Below are positions 11,917-20,973 of a stretch of 64,000 nt of DNA, one piece after another (the first letter of the stretch is position 1; each line of letters begins with the position of its first letter). The position numbers were made by a program, and so were the translations under genes. The notes under the pieces were generated by a model that was not told where the DNA came from, did not search any database, and saw only the letters and a program-made list of their open reading frames with translations. The stretch is taken from the IMG/VR virus record IMGVR_UViG_3300020179_000005, positions 124,001 to 188,000 of that record; one strand, given 5' to 3'.

Positions 11917-12294
11917 ATGTTCAACACAATCATCATGGGAGTCAAGGAATTCTTCTTGACTTCATGCGAGCAATACGGACAGATGCTGAGCAACAAGCAG
12001 CAGTACATCGAGGTTGTGGGTAAGTACATTACCCATGATGGCAATCAGGTGTGGCTGGAGCTCAATGGATGCGATGCGTCTGACAGTCATGTGTTTCCCC
12101 ACAAGAACAACATCTTTGGATATCTCAATGAGATGTACAAGGGTAAGATTGTTCGTGTTAAGGGCGAGCGTCGTTTTGACTGGAAGACAGAAACGTGGGG
12201 TTACAGCTGGACCCTGCACTGCGTCAATGTCTGGGAACAGGGCATGGATGCAGCTCCCGCAAACATCAAGAAGATGTGCGGTACCAACTGCTGA
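11917..12294 (+). CDS. Hypothetical protein
   Basis: AAGGAGG RBS, 125 aa. Confidence 0.7.
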   Translation: MFNTIIMGVKEFFLTSCEQYGQMLSNKQQYIEVVGKYITHDGNQVWLELNGCDASDSHVFPHKNNIFGYLNEMYKGKIVRVKGERRFDWKTETWGYSWTLHCVNVWEQGMDAAPANIKKMCGTNC

Positions 12295-12304
12295 GAAGCA
12301 GTAA

Positions 12305-12364
12305 GGCGAAACCCCTGCGTACCCAGGGGTCATTGTGGTGTAAGAGACCACGATCTGAAGAGCC
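12305..12364 (+). ncRNA. Hammerhead ribozyme (type II topology), copy 2
   Basis: Near-identical to copy 1, differing only in loop positions; cleavage predicted after 12331. Confidence 0.85.
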
Positions 12365-12493
12365 ATCTTCGTCGTTGCTTGGAAAAGCGGAATGCAGCTT
12401 TAACGTTACCAAAGCTGCCAGCAGAAATGCTGACATTCAGGTTAAATGACACTTACCTTTAAAAGTATCACAAACAAACATGGAGGTAAAAAC

Positions 12494-12868
12494 ATGTTTG
12501 ATTTCATCCACATGCTGTTCACTGGGATCATCTTGATCCTTGTGGCAGCCTTCGCGGCCGTTGCAGTCGGTGTACTTGCACTGGTCGCATTTGGTCAAAT
12601 TCAGCAGGCACGCAGCGAAAAGGTGTTCGCACCAATCGCTTCACTTCTGGGCATGGTCATTCTCATGTTCGGATTGGCCGGCTTTCCCTGGATTGCTGCT
12701 TGGGCTTTTCCTGAGACGCGATGGGGAGTTGCAATTGGGTTGACCGCTTGGGTGTCAATCCTTTTCCTTGGAGCAGGCCTCATGGTCTGTGAAGAAGAAA
12801 TGACCAATGCACAAAAAAAGCGGAAGAAGGCAAAAAAGCGTTATCCGAGCTATAAAATCAACTATTAA
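12494..12868 (+). CDS. Membrane protein (about 3 TM helices, basic tail)
   Basis: GGAGG RBS; three hydrophobic stretches. Confidence 0.7.
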   Translation: MFDFIHMLFTGIILILVAAFAAVAVGVLALVAFGQIQQARSEKVFAPIASLLGMVILMFGLAGFPWIAAWAFPETRWGVAIGLTAWVSILFLGAGLMVCEEEMTNAQKKRKKAKKRYPSYKINY

Positions 12869-13087
12869 GTAAAAGAAATACACAAAAGAAATACACCCCT
12901 GGGTCAGCGGGCTCTGCTGATCCGGGGGTTTTTCTTTTATGACTAGCAGATAGATTGCTAGTTTGCTCCTCTGTTCTATGCAGAAATGCAAACAAGGGCT
13001 GTGCTGTGCATCTGGCACCACAATAAACACGAACCAGATATTCTTGTTGCCCGTTGGGGAATACCCAACAAACAAGGAGGTAAGCTC

Positions 13088-13429
13088 ATGCTTACTGCAA
13101 TCGCAATCGCAATCCTCGTGGGTGTGGCGGCTTCGGCTGTCACTGCCGCGTTCCTCCAAGCCAAGGTCGTCGGTCTGGTTCACCAGATCAAAGACCTCGT
13201 CGTCCAGATGGGTGACGAAAAGGCAAAGGCTCAAGAAATCATCTCCAAGTTGGAGAAGGATGTTGAGTCATGGAAAAGCAGCTCAAGCCGTCACCTGAAT
13301 GACTGGAGTGAGCTGTACAAAGAAAAGCGGGTATGGACTGAGGCACTTGAAAAAGCAGCCGAAGCCAAAGCCGCCAAGAAGGCCAACAAGACCAGCAAGA
13401 AGCCGGTCAAGAAGGCCAACAAGAAATAA
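13088..13429 (+). CDS. Membrane-anchored coiled-coil protein with Lys-rich tail
   Basis: AAGGAGG RBS; N-terminal TM segment; KKPVKKANKK end. Confidence 0.7.
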   Translation: MLTAIAIAILVGVAASAVTAAFLQAKVVGLVHQIKDLVVQMGDEKAKAQEIISKLEKDVESWKSSSSRHLNDWSELYKEKRVWTEALEKAAEAKAAKKANKTSKKPVKKANKK

Positions 13430-13463
13430 CCACGAATACCAACGGGCAACAATGAAAAGGATT

Positions 13464-13497
13464 ACCCCTGGGGACTTCGGTCTCCGGGGGTTTTTCT
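13464..13497 (+). terminator. Intrinsic terminator (near-identical copy at ~14628-14661)
   Basis: CCCCTGGGGAC-TTCG-GTCTCCGGGGG followed by a T tract. Confidence 0.85.
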
Positions 13498-13550
13498 TTT
13501 ATGACTAGCCATCCGGCTTGTCATCACCAACTACCTGAGGAGGTAGCGCA

Positions 13551-14609
13551 ATGAAACTTATGAATAAAATCAAGAGATTGCTCTTTATGAGCAAGACAGT
13601 AGAAACGGATATCGTCTGGGTGGCTTTCTCCACCTGGCCCAATCATGGGGAATGGCGTCTCCGTCGTCGGTACATCTGGGTAAGGAATGATCGCAAGATC
13701 GCTTTCTTTATCACTGGTGTCATCATGCTGTTTACCACACCAGTGGTAGCCAGTGTGGCGTACAATGTTCTCAGCGCAGATGAGGACACTGTGGTTGAAC
13801 AAACCACTGAAACAACTATCAACAGTGAACCTGTTGAACCCGGATACACAGAGTATTGCGAAGGCAATGTGTGGCAGTGGGATGAAGTGGTGCAAAATTG
13901 GACATGTCAAGTTGACATTGATCCTACTACCACTACAACATCAACAACACTGCCTCCTGTGCATCAGGTCCAGTATGTGTGTGATATGGCGCCATCAACC
14001 AGCAGTAACTACTTGTTCAGGACATTTACAAGTAGTAATGGCACGGTGATATCAGATGGTAGTGCAGAAGACACGCAGTACATCTTCCCATTGATCCAGG
14101 AGAGCGACATATACCTACATGTTGATATCATGGGCATTAATGAAGATCATGAATTGTGGCGTGAATTTGCAGATGTGGCAGAATATCTGTCAATTTATCT
14201 GAATAAGAACGTCACGGTTGGTATTGGTGAGGTTGATGAAGACTTCAATGGCATGGTTTTGCCAATCAGGTCTGAATTTGATCCTCGTCAATCAGGTACA
14301 AGCAATGGTGGTGGCGGTGTTGCATGGGCTGAAACGCGAGTAAGTGGCTTCTTTGGCATTTACTTTGCGGATACTGCCATATACATCCGCGAAAACTATT
14401 TGTTTGCTACTGGTGATTGGGCGAATGATCCACATCGATCATTTAAGTACACCGGGTTCAGCACCTTGATACACGAATTTGGTCATGCTATTGGCTTTGA
14501 TCATGTTCATGGCAAGGATGCAGTTATGTCATACGAAAGTGATGAATTTGTTCGTCATTACCTACCGGGTGATGATGCAGGTTATCAGGCACTAATTTGC
14601 AATAAGTAA
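13551..14609 (+). CDS. Membrane-anchored metzincin (matrixin-like) zinc metalloprotease
   Basis: HEFGHAIGFDH (HExxHxxGxxH), Met-turn AVMSY, TM segment, Thr-rich linker. Confidence 0.85.
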   Translation: MKLMNKIKRLLFMSKTVETDIVWVAFSTWPNHGEWRLRRRYIWVRNDRKIAFFITGVIMLFTTPVVASVAYNVLSADEDTVVEQTTETTINSEPVEPGYTEYCEGNVWQWDEVVQNWTCQVDIDPTTTTTSTTLPPVHQVQYVCDMAPSTSSNYLFRTFTSSNGTVISDGSAEDTQYIFPLIQESDIYLHVDIMGINEDHELWREFADVAEYLSIYLNKNVTVGIGEVDEDFNGMVLPIRSEFDPRQSGTSNGGGGVAWAETRVSGFFGIYFADTAIYIRENYLFATGDWANDPHRSFKYTGFSTLIHEFGHAIGFDHVHGKDAVMSYESDEFVRHYLPGDDAGYQALICNK

Positions 14610-14714
14610 GTAATAAGAAAAAGGATCACCCCTGGGGACTTCGGTCTCCGGGGGTTTTTCTTTTATGACTAGGCATCCGGCCTGTCATACCCAACTACCT
14701 AAGGAGGTAGCGCA

Positions 14715-15464
14715 ATGAATAACAAAATCCGAATAATCGAATCAATCAAGGAAGACCTACGCAGGGCCGGACATTCCCTTAGTGATTATCAGGCGGCTTG
14801 GAAGATGTTGCTAGATTCTGTCAAAGTCGAGGGTAATGACAGCAAGTTCAAGGTCATCAAGGTAGAGACCGAAAACAACAAGAAGATGTTTCCGCTTTTC
14901 TTGCACGACACCCTTACTGGCACAATTGACGAAGAAGAATGTTATCTTCACAACGAACTTAGCAGGTTTGAATTTGATATGACTCAAGGGTTTGTGGCTA
15001 ACGAACACGCTTACTTGTTTGCCTATGGAGAAAGCTTGATCGTTCAAGTGATTATTCGTTTTATGAGCTTTATCGGCGACAACTTTATATTTGATGATGA
15101 TGCGACAAAGTCTGGAAATCGAATCGGAGACTTTACTGCACTTGCGTGGGATTACAATAGCTACAAATACATGGTCGATCCACAAACTTATGGATCATCG
15201 CAAGACATTAATAAGGGCGGTCTTAAAGAGTTTTTCTTTCTTGATGACTCTCGTCATGGCTGGGGTCGCCAGAGTGGACTAGAAGTTCTTGCAGATGTAT
15301 TTGATGGTCATCCAGTTATTGAATCTATCTTGCAGACGAACATGCCAACTTTGTATGGCTACAAGCCTCACAATCCAAGGAATCCTTGGGACGTGTTAAT
15401 CGAGAAGCTAGACGAATACAACAAACAACTAATCGAACGAAACAACAAAAAGGAGAATCAATAA
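14715..15464 (+). CDS. Hypothetical protein
   Basis: 249 aa, AAGGAGG RBS. Confidence 0.7.
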   Translation: MNNKIRIIESIKEDLRRAGHSLSDYQAAWKMLLDSVKVEGNDSKFKVIKVETENNKKMFPLFLHDTLTGTIDEEECYLHNELSRFEFDMTQGFVANEHAYLFAYGESLIVQVIIRFMSFIGDNFIFDDDATKSGNRIGDFTALAWDYNSYKYMVDPQTYGSSQDINKGGLKEFFFLDDSRHGWGRQSGLEVLADVFDGHPVIESILQTNMPTLYGYKPHNPRNPWDVLIEKLDEYNKQLIERNNKKENQ

Positions 15465-16177
15465 TGACTAATTCACCAATGCCCAACCCAACACGCTTGG
15501 AGGCTATGCAACCAGTCTGGAACAATCTCCTAGGAGATGCGGTCTTGGTTGACATGAATAACAACAAGATTGAGTTGAAGCTCAATGAATTCAATCACGA
15601 CAAGAAGTTCTTCAAGATCAATGTCGTGGATGAAATCAAGGGTGAACAACATCTGATGGTTCCGTGTCCGATTGCCCTTGTTGAATACAATGGCGTTGAG
15701 TATCATCATAACTACTTACTTCTGTGGGGTGAATCTGCAGTTGTTCAGGTTAGGATAAATTACAGGACCAACTTTCATCCTGAATATCCTGATCACATCT
15801 GGTCGATTGATCCTTCACCGGAGACTGACTTCATGGCTTGGCTATGGAAATCAGATGCGTACGCTGCGGATGTCAAGGTTTTGTGGAACAATCGAAACCC
15901 TGAAGACAATTGCCAAGACTTTAGCCCAGATGGTCGTTTCAAGCTCATTAATTATAACGATCACTTTGAGCTTCACGAAAGGCTCTCAGGCAACTGGGTG
16001 TGGGTAGACGAATTTGTTCTCAATACGACTTTCTTGCTCGCGGATGTGTTGCTTATTCCGACACATGCTGATATGTGGAGTTGGCTTGTTTGGAGGGTAA
16101 ACACCGAGACCGACTTGTCCAATCCGGACAGCTACTTTAATACGAAGTATCACTACAACAAAAGGGAGAATCAATAA
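15464..16177 (+). CDS. Hypothetical protein, apparent paralogue of the preceding gene
   Basis: AGGAG RBS; shared segments YLFAYGESLIVQV / YLLLWGESAVVQV, DFTALAW / DFMAWLW, VLADVF / LLADVL, KKENQ / KRENQ. Confidence 0.7.
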   Translation: MTNSPMPNPTRLEAMQPVWNNLLGDAVLVDMNNNKIELKLNEFNHDKKFFKINVVDEIKGEQHLMVPCPIALVEYNGVEYHHNYLLLWGESAVVQVRINYRTNFHPEYPDHIWSIDPSPETDFMAWLWKSDAYAADVKVLWNNRNPEDNCQDFSPDGRFKLINYNDHFELHERLSGNWVWVDEFVLNTTFLLADVLLIPTHADMWSWLVWRVNTETDLSNPDSYFNTKYHYNKRENQ

Positions 16178-16485
16178 TGCGTAAGCAGAGCAGAAGAACA
16201 CTTCCGAGGTGCAATGCACAGATATGGCCGAAGAAGAAATACAAACTGAAGAACGGTTTGGAAAGAACACCTGCCATACCCGGTCAACCGAATAATCAGC
16301 GGTGCACCAGGTCAATTAGGTGTCCTCACCACAAGAATCGTAATTCAGAATGCCCAGTAATTGAAGAGGTGGGCAAGACAGTATTCCTTTCCTGGGAACA
16401 GGTCAAGGAATTAATCAACAATGGTCACAGAGAAGTGACTGGAAGAAACTACTACGAGGACAGAAAGGAGAGCAGCAATGCCTAA
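16177..16485 (+). CDS. Basic hypothetical protein with Cys/His cluster
   Basis: TAATG coupling; RCNA…RCTR..RCPHH. Confidence 0.6.
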   Translation: MRKQSRRTLPRCNAQIWPKKKYKLKNGLERTPAIPGQPNNQRCTRSIRCPHHKNRNSECPVIEEVGKTVFLSWEQVKELINNGHREVTGRNYYEDRKESSNA

Positions 16486-16645
16486 TACGCCACTAGCGGG
16501 AGAAAAGTACGGTTGTGCAAAACAACGCAGAGTCGTACATTTCGCAGTGACACTTGAACAATACGAAAGTATTGAAGATGACGCCATGATGGCAAACATG
16601 ACGGTATCTGAATACATTCGTTTCAAGTTGGAATTGAATAAATAA
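16478..16645 (+). CDS. Small ribbon-helix-helix-like DNA-binding protein
   Basis: 55 aa read by hand: RVVHFAVTLEQYESIEDDAMMANMTVSEYIRFKL; AAGGAG RBS. Confidence 0.55.
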   Translation: MPNTPLAGEKYGCAKQRRVVHFAVTLEQYESIEDDAMMANMTVSEYIRFKLELNK

Positions 16646-16697
16646 CTAATAAAAGATTGGGGGATGGCCCTTACCCTCTGGGGGCCATCCCTTTTTC

Positions 16698-16830
16698 TTT
16701 ATTGCTAGCCATCCGGTTTCTTGCTACCGGGTGGTTGGCTCTTCGTAGAGGAGATGCGTGCTGCTCTCCTCTGCGCTCCTTTGCCAGAGATGAGTACATT
16801 ACTAGTAAATCCAGTTTTTTTTATGACTAG
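16698..16830 (+). repeat. ~135-bp non-coding two-hairpin unit (second copy ~17136-17271)
   Basis: Both copies lie between two motif copies; stem GGAGA/TCTCC in one versus GGGGA/TCCCC in the other. Confidence 0.7.
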
Positions 16831-16873
16831 GAATATGGTTTCTTAGTTAAGGGTCTTAGGAGGGCCCAGAACA

Positions 16874-17086
16874 ATGAAGGACTTATTCGATTTATTTGAG
16901 GAAGAATTTGATCTCAGATTGCAATGGATAGAAATGCTGGGTAGGCAGCGGATTCTTTGGAATAGTCAGGGAAGAGGAAGAAACGATGAAGTGGACAAAG
17001 AATTTCGTAGGGTTTGCGATGAGTGCTGCAGGATTGGCATCTTGTTGGCAAGGAAGCAGACTGAATTAGAGGAATTTCAACTCTAA
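16874..17086 (+). CDS. Hypothetical protein
   Basis: AGGAGG RBS in a shared leader. Confidence 0.6.
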   Translation: MKDLFDLFEEEFDLRLQWIEMLGRQRILWNSQGRGRNDEVDKEFRRVCDECCRIGILLARKQTELEEFQL

Positions 17087-17335
17087 TTCATGTGTAAGGA
17101 AAGGATGAGTACATTACTAGTAAATTCATTTTTTCTTTATGGCTAGCCATCCGGTTTCTTGCTTTCCGGTGGTTGGCTCTTCTGAGAGGGGATGCGTTCG
17201 GCTCCCCTTTATGCTTTTCTTTGCCAGGGATGAGTACATAACTAGTAAATCCAGTTTTTTTTTATGGCTAGAGTAAAGGTCTCTGGCTAGGCAGCTCTAC
17301 TGCGCCTAAAAGATAGTAGAGGGAAGGAGCTGCTC

Positions 17336-17662
17336 ATGGCTGGCTACAGTAAGCCAGAAATGAAGCAGTGGCTTTTTGACTTGGTTCTGGAAGGTAATAA
17401 AACGCTTCCAGACTGGCAAGTTGAGATCGACACAAGTGTGTGGGCAGCCTGCACACCAGAAGGTTTCTCCTTGCAGCTCAAGCGAACCGTTGGGGATTAC
17501 TACAAAGTGATCCACCTAGGCGTTATTCGCTGGGATCAGTTGGAGACTGCAATGAGGTTTTCGTGGGTCGACCGCGAACTCGGTGTAGTAAAGCCACCCG
17601 AAGAGGTTATCAACTGGATGTTACTGGCCAGTTCAGATGCCTCCGACGATTCGGTTGAATAA
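17336..17662 (+). CDS. Hypothetical protein
   Basis: AAGGAG RBS. Confidence 0.65.
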   Translation: MAGYSKPEMKQWLFDLVLEGNKTLPDWQVEIDTSVWAACTPEGFSLQLKRTVGDYYKVIHLGVIRWDQLETAMRFSWVDRELGVVKPPEEVINWMLLASSDASDDSVE

Positions 17663-17720
17663 ACCGATTTCGTTGTGATTATGATGGCGATCACCATATC
17701 GCCTGACCAAGAGAAGAAAG

Positions 17721-17741
17721 AGGGGCTTCGGCCCCTTTTTC
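17721..17741 (+). terminator. Intrinsic terminator AGGGGC-TTCG-GCCCCT plus T tract (also ~18058, ~19890, ~24753)
   Basis: GC stem with a C(UUCG)G tetraloop followed by Ts. Confidence 0.85.
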
Positions 17742-17799
17742 TTTATGGCTAGTATTTAGGTCTCTAATCTGAGATCGCTAGTCAAGAAAGGAAAACCCA

Positions 17800-18003
17800 A
17801 TGGCACGGAAGAAGTCGGCCACCACGCAGAACCCAAAGCGTCGGCGTGGCTTGACTGGCGCTGGGTACATCAACACGTTTGAGTACCTGCCGCAGATGGA
17901 AGCCGTTCATCCGAGGAACGGCTACGGTCTGCGTGCTCCTTGGGAGTATCGCCGTAACTGGCGGCGCTTCCACAAGAACAGCAAGCCGAAAGGGAAGAAG
18001 TAA
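17800..18003 (+). CDS. Small basic hypothetical protein
   Basis: AAAGGA RBS; ends NSKPKGKK, like 19579..19851 (NSKPKGKR). Confidence 0.6.
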   Translation: MARKKSATTQNPKRRRGLTGAGYINTFEYLPQMEAVHPRNGYGLRAPWEYRRNWRRFHKNSKPKGKK

Positions 18004-18183
18004 TTCTTCCATGACACATGATGGCGATCACCATGTCGCCTGACCAAGAGAAGAAGAAGGGGCTTCGGCCCCTTTTTCTTTATGACTAGGACTTAGGTCT
18101 CTAGTTATCGTGCCAGGTATGAGCGACACACCTAATCAACAAGTGTCGCACCTTTCCCGAAAGGGAGAAAGGGGGTATCCATC

Positions 18184-18654
18184 ATGGATACTTTCCTGGT
18201 AGTAATGGCAACGCTCTTCTTGGGCGTTGTGACCCTGGTTTCGGTGATCAATGCCGAAGCCATCAACAAGCACTGGAATCTCGCAATGGAGGCGTACGCA
18301 GATCTTGCGTATTCTTTCCAGGAGTTCTGGTGGACAAGCATCAGGCCTGAAATCAGGGGTCTGATGGGCAAAAAGAACCCAGTCTGGGAACCGCCAACGG
18401 CACTTGGGTACTACTTTGGGGATATCGTCAAGCTTGACGACTCTGAGAAGTGGTACATGGTGTTGTCCAGCGGTATCTGGATGATTTCAGTGAGCTCACC
18501 GCTACTCGTCCATGAGTGCGATGACACACTGAAAGTCGTTCAGGCCAAAGGCTGGAAGTACGTGTACAACAACGAAAAAGTCGTTGAACACGTACCCGCA
18601 GATGCCGTAGAGGCATTTCTCGACAGAATGATCGAGGAGAAGATCTACGGCTGA
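18184..18654 (+). CDS. Hypothetical protein with N-terminal TM segment
   Basis: 156 aa between motif and terminator. Confidence 0.65.
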   Translation: MDTFLVVMATLFLGVVTLVSVINAEAINKHWNLAMEAYADLAYSFQEFWWTSIRPEIRGLMGKKNPVWEPPTALGYYFGDIVKLDDSEKWYMVLSSGIWMISVSSPLLVHECDDTLKVVQAKGWKYVYNNEKVVEHVPADAVEAFLDRMIEEKIYG

Positions 18655-18803
18655 ATGTAAGTAGTTGATTGGCACGAGTCAACTACCTACAGAAGAATTA
18701 GGGTGGTCCCTTACCCTCTGGGGGACCACCCTTTTTCTTTATGACTAGTTTTTAGGTTACCAAAGGTGGCCGCTAGTCAAGGGTCTTAGGAGGGCCCACA
18801 ACA

Positions 18804-19445
18804 ATGGAAGCAATGTTCATCATGCTCATGGAGTTCATGAGCAAAGTCATGAATGCTGTGGAGACACGGCATCATGACGGAAAGCGTACGAAAGGCGAAG
18901 GCTCCGGCATTCATTCTTTCGTTTCGCTTGTACGATGGATCAATCAGAACAAAGGCTTGGTCAAGGCAGCAATTGCCAATGACAGAGAAATGTTCGAGTT
19001 GATCATGAAGCAGGCAAGTCAAACGTTGAAGACATACATCAGAACCGGTGTGTGGAACACGGTGTACTGGGTTACCTCATTCGATGGTTACTTCTACCGC
19101 CACCTGTTCGTCGACGACGACACACGCTACAAAATCAATCCGAAAGTTCACTTCGTGTGGACTCCTCGGAATGGACAAAGCATGACCAAGGACGAAGACA
19201 ATCGTCTTTTTGGTAAAATAAGAAACGTTGCAAACAGTCTGGATAAGGCTGGATACGACGTGTTTTGCTATGACATCGAGTGGGAACCAATCACACTAAA
19301 CATTGGAGACGGCGCGGAAAAACGCGTCAAATACAGCTGTGGAAATGTGTTTGAGCTTCTCGAAGAGTTCCTCGACCGGCCAAGCCAAGAAATCAGTAAA
19401 CTGGTTTGGCAAGCAAAAATGGAAGACAAACTCCAGCACGAATAA
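18804..19445 (+). CDS. Hypothetical protein
   Basis: 213 aa, AGGAGG RBS. Confidence 0.7.
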   Translation: MEAMFIMLMEFMSKVMNAVETRHHDGKRTKGEGSGIHSFVSLVRWINQNKGLVKAAIANDREMFELIMKQASQTLKTYIRTGVWNTVYWVTSFDGYFYRHLFVDDDTRYKINPKVHFVWTPRNGQSMTKDEDNRLFGKIRNVANSLDKAGYDVFCYDIEWEPITLNIGDGAEKRVKYSCGNVFELLEEFLDRPSQEISKLVWQAKMEDKLQHE

Positions 19446-19578
19446 ATGAATAAATAAAGACTGAGGGTGGTTCGGGAAATCCGGCCACCCTCTTTCTTTA
19501 TGGCTAGGAATTAGGTCTGTAGTTTTAGACCGTTAGCTTTTGTGTGTGTATGTGTCAATCAAGTACCAGGAGGTACTC

Positions 19579-19851
19579 ATGTCAATACACGAAATGAACG
19601 ACGACTTCCTCGACAGGATGTTTCTCTTGCAGGAACGCCTGGAAAAGGATGATCGTCAAGGAAACAAAATCCACAAGCGACGAGGTACACACTTCGTCAG
19701 GTACTGGTATTTCCCAAACGAGGACCTGTTCATCGTTGGGAAGTGTGAATCAATGGGCAAAGTGGTGAACACCTGGAGTAAGGAAACAACGTTTCTTCTT
19801 TCCAGCGAACCACCACGCAAAAGCAATAGCAAGCCGAAAGGCAAGCGATAA
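19579..19851 (+). CDS. Hypothetical protein
   Basis: AGGAGG RBS before ATG 19579. Confidence 0.65.
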   Translation: MSIHEMNDDFLDRMFLLQERLEKDDRQGNKIHKRRGTHFVRYWYFPNEDLFIVGKCESMGKVVNTWSKETTFLLSSEPPRKSNSKPKGKR

Positions 19852-19964
19852 CAACCAACACACACACACACACAAATGAAATAAGGGAGAGGGGCTTCGG
19901 CCCCTCTTTCTTTATGACTAGGAATATGGTTTCCTGGTCAAGGGTCCAAGGAGGGCCCAAAATA

Positions 19965-20858
19965 ATGAAAAGCATTAACGACATGGAAATGAAGCGACAG
20001 AAATTGACACAACTATGCCAAGAGGTCACAAGTGATGTAATTAAGAAACATGGTTCCCTACGTAATCAATGTGGCCATGGAGCGTCTGAGCTCAGGAAAC
20101 GGGCAAGGAAATCGGGAATTAAGCTCAATCTTCAGGGTGGCTTATTTAATTATGGCACTGAGCACAACTGGTGTGTTGACCCAGAAACAAACGAGATATA
20201 CGATCCAACTGCAGAGCAGTTCATTATTGGAATCAATGGCCTACAGAATGAAGAGACCTCCAAGCTCTACTTGTCATTGAACGATGATGAAATATCTGAT
20301 TTGCAATCTCTTGCCAGGAGCAAGGGATTTATTTGGAGCTTCAGTGAGGGTGTTTCGCAAATCGTCTTTGGCTACCAAGTAAGTATCGCAAATCAGAAAA
20401 TAGTTGACAAGTTTCGGTTTTACTATCCAGACTTGACTCATGTTGTTGTTCGCAACACAAAGGATGAAGTACGGAAAGCAAAGAATGGTAACACCTATGC
20501 TGTTATCAGAAACAATGTTGTTGAGTTTCATATCGATAAAATGAACGTCAAGAAATGGAAGAATGACTTAAACGTAACAGGTCCTGAAGTGGTGAGTTAC
20601 ATTGTGTTCAAGAATCCGAACAACAGCTATTGGATCAGGGTTGTTGAACAAAGGCTGTTTGTTTCAAAGAATGGAAAGACTGGTGTTATAACCAAACTTG
20701 GTGAAGAATTGAAGAACATCAAGATCAATAAGAAAGGCAAGCTTTACAGGACAATAAAGATCGAAGACGGATGTTTTGTGAATGAAATGATTGATCAGCA
20801 TTACTTTTTGCTAATCAAGAGATTTGAAGAACTTACATCACGTAATAGTGATCAATAA
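19965..20858 (+). CDS. Protein with N-terminal transglutaminase/papain-like Cys-His-Asp domain
   Basis: NQCGHGA…EHNWCVD…IYDPTAEQF pattern. Confidence 0.6.
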   Translation: MKSINDMEMKRQKLTQLCQEVTSDVIKKHGSLRNQCGHGASELRKRARKSGIKLNLQGGLFNYGTEHNWCVDPETNEIYDPTAEQFIIGINGLQNEETSKLYLSLNDDEISDLQSLARSKGFIWSFSEGVSQIVFGYQVSIANQKIVDKFRFYYPDLTHVVVRNTKDEVRKAKNGNTYAVIRNNVVEFHIDKMNVKKWKNDLNVTGPEVVSYIVFKNPNNSYWIRVVEQRLFVSKNGKTGVITKLGEELKNIKINKKGKLYRTIKIEDGCFVNEMIDQHYFLLIKRFEELTSRNSDQ

Positions 20859-20973
20859 ATATTCTTTAGCCGATTGATATACAACTAGTAAATTTAACTA
20901 CATTATTAATCTTTTATTTTTATGACTAGTCATCCGACTTAGTCATCAAACCAAAAATGGGGAGGATAAACCC

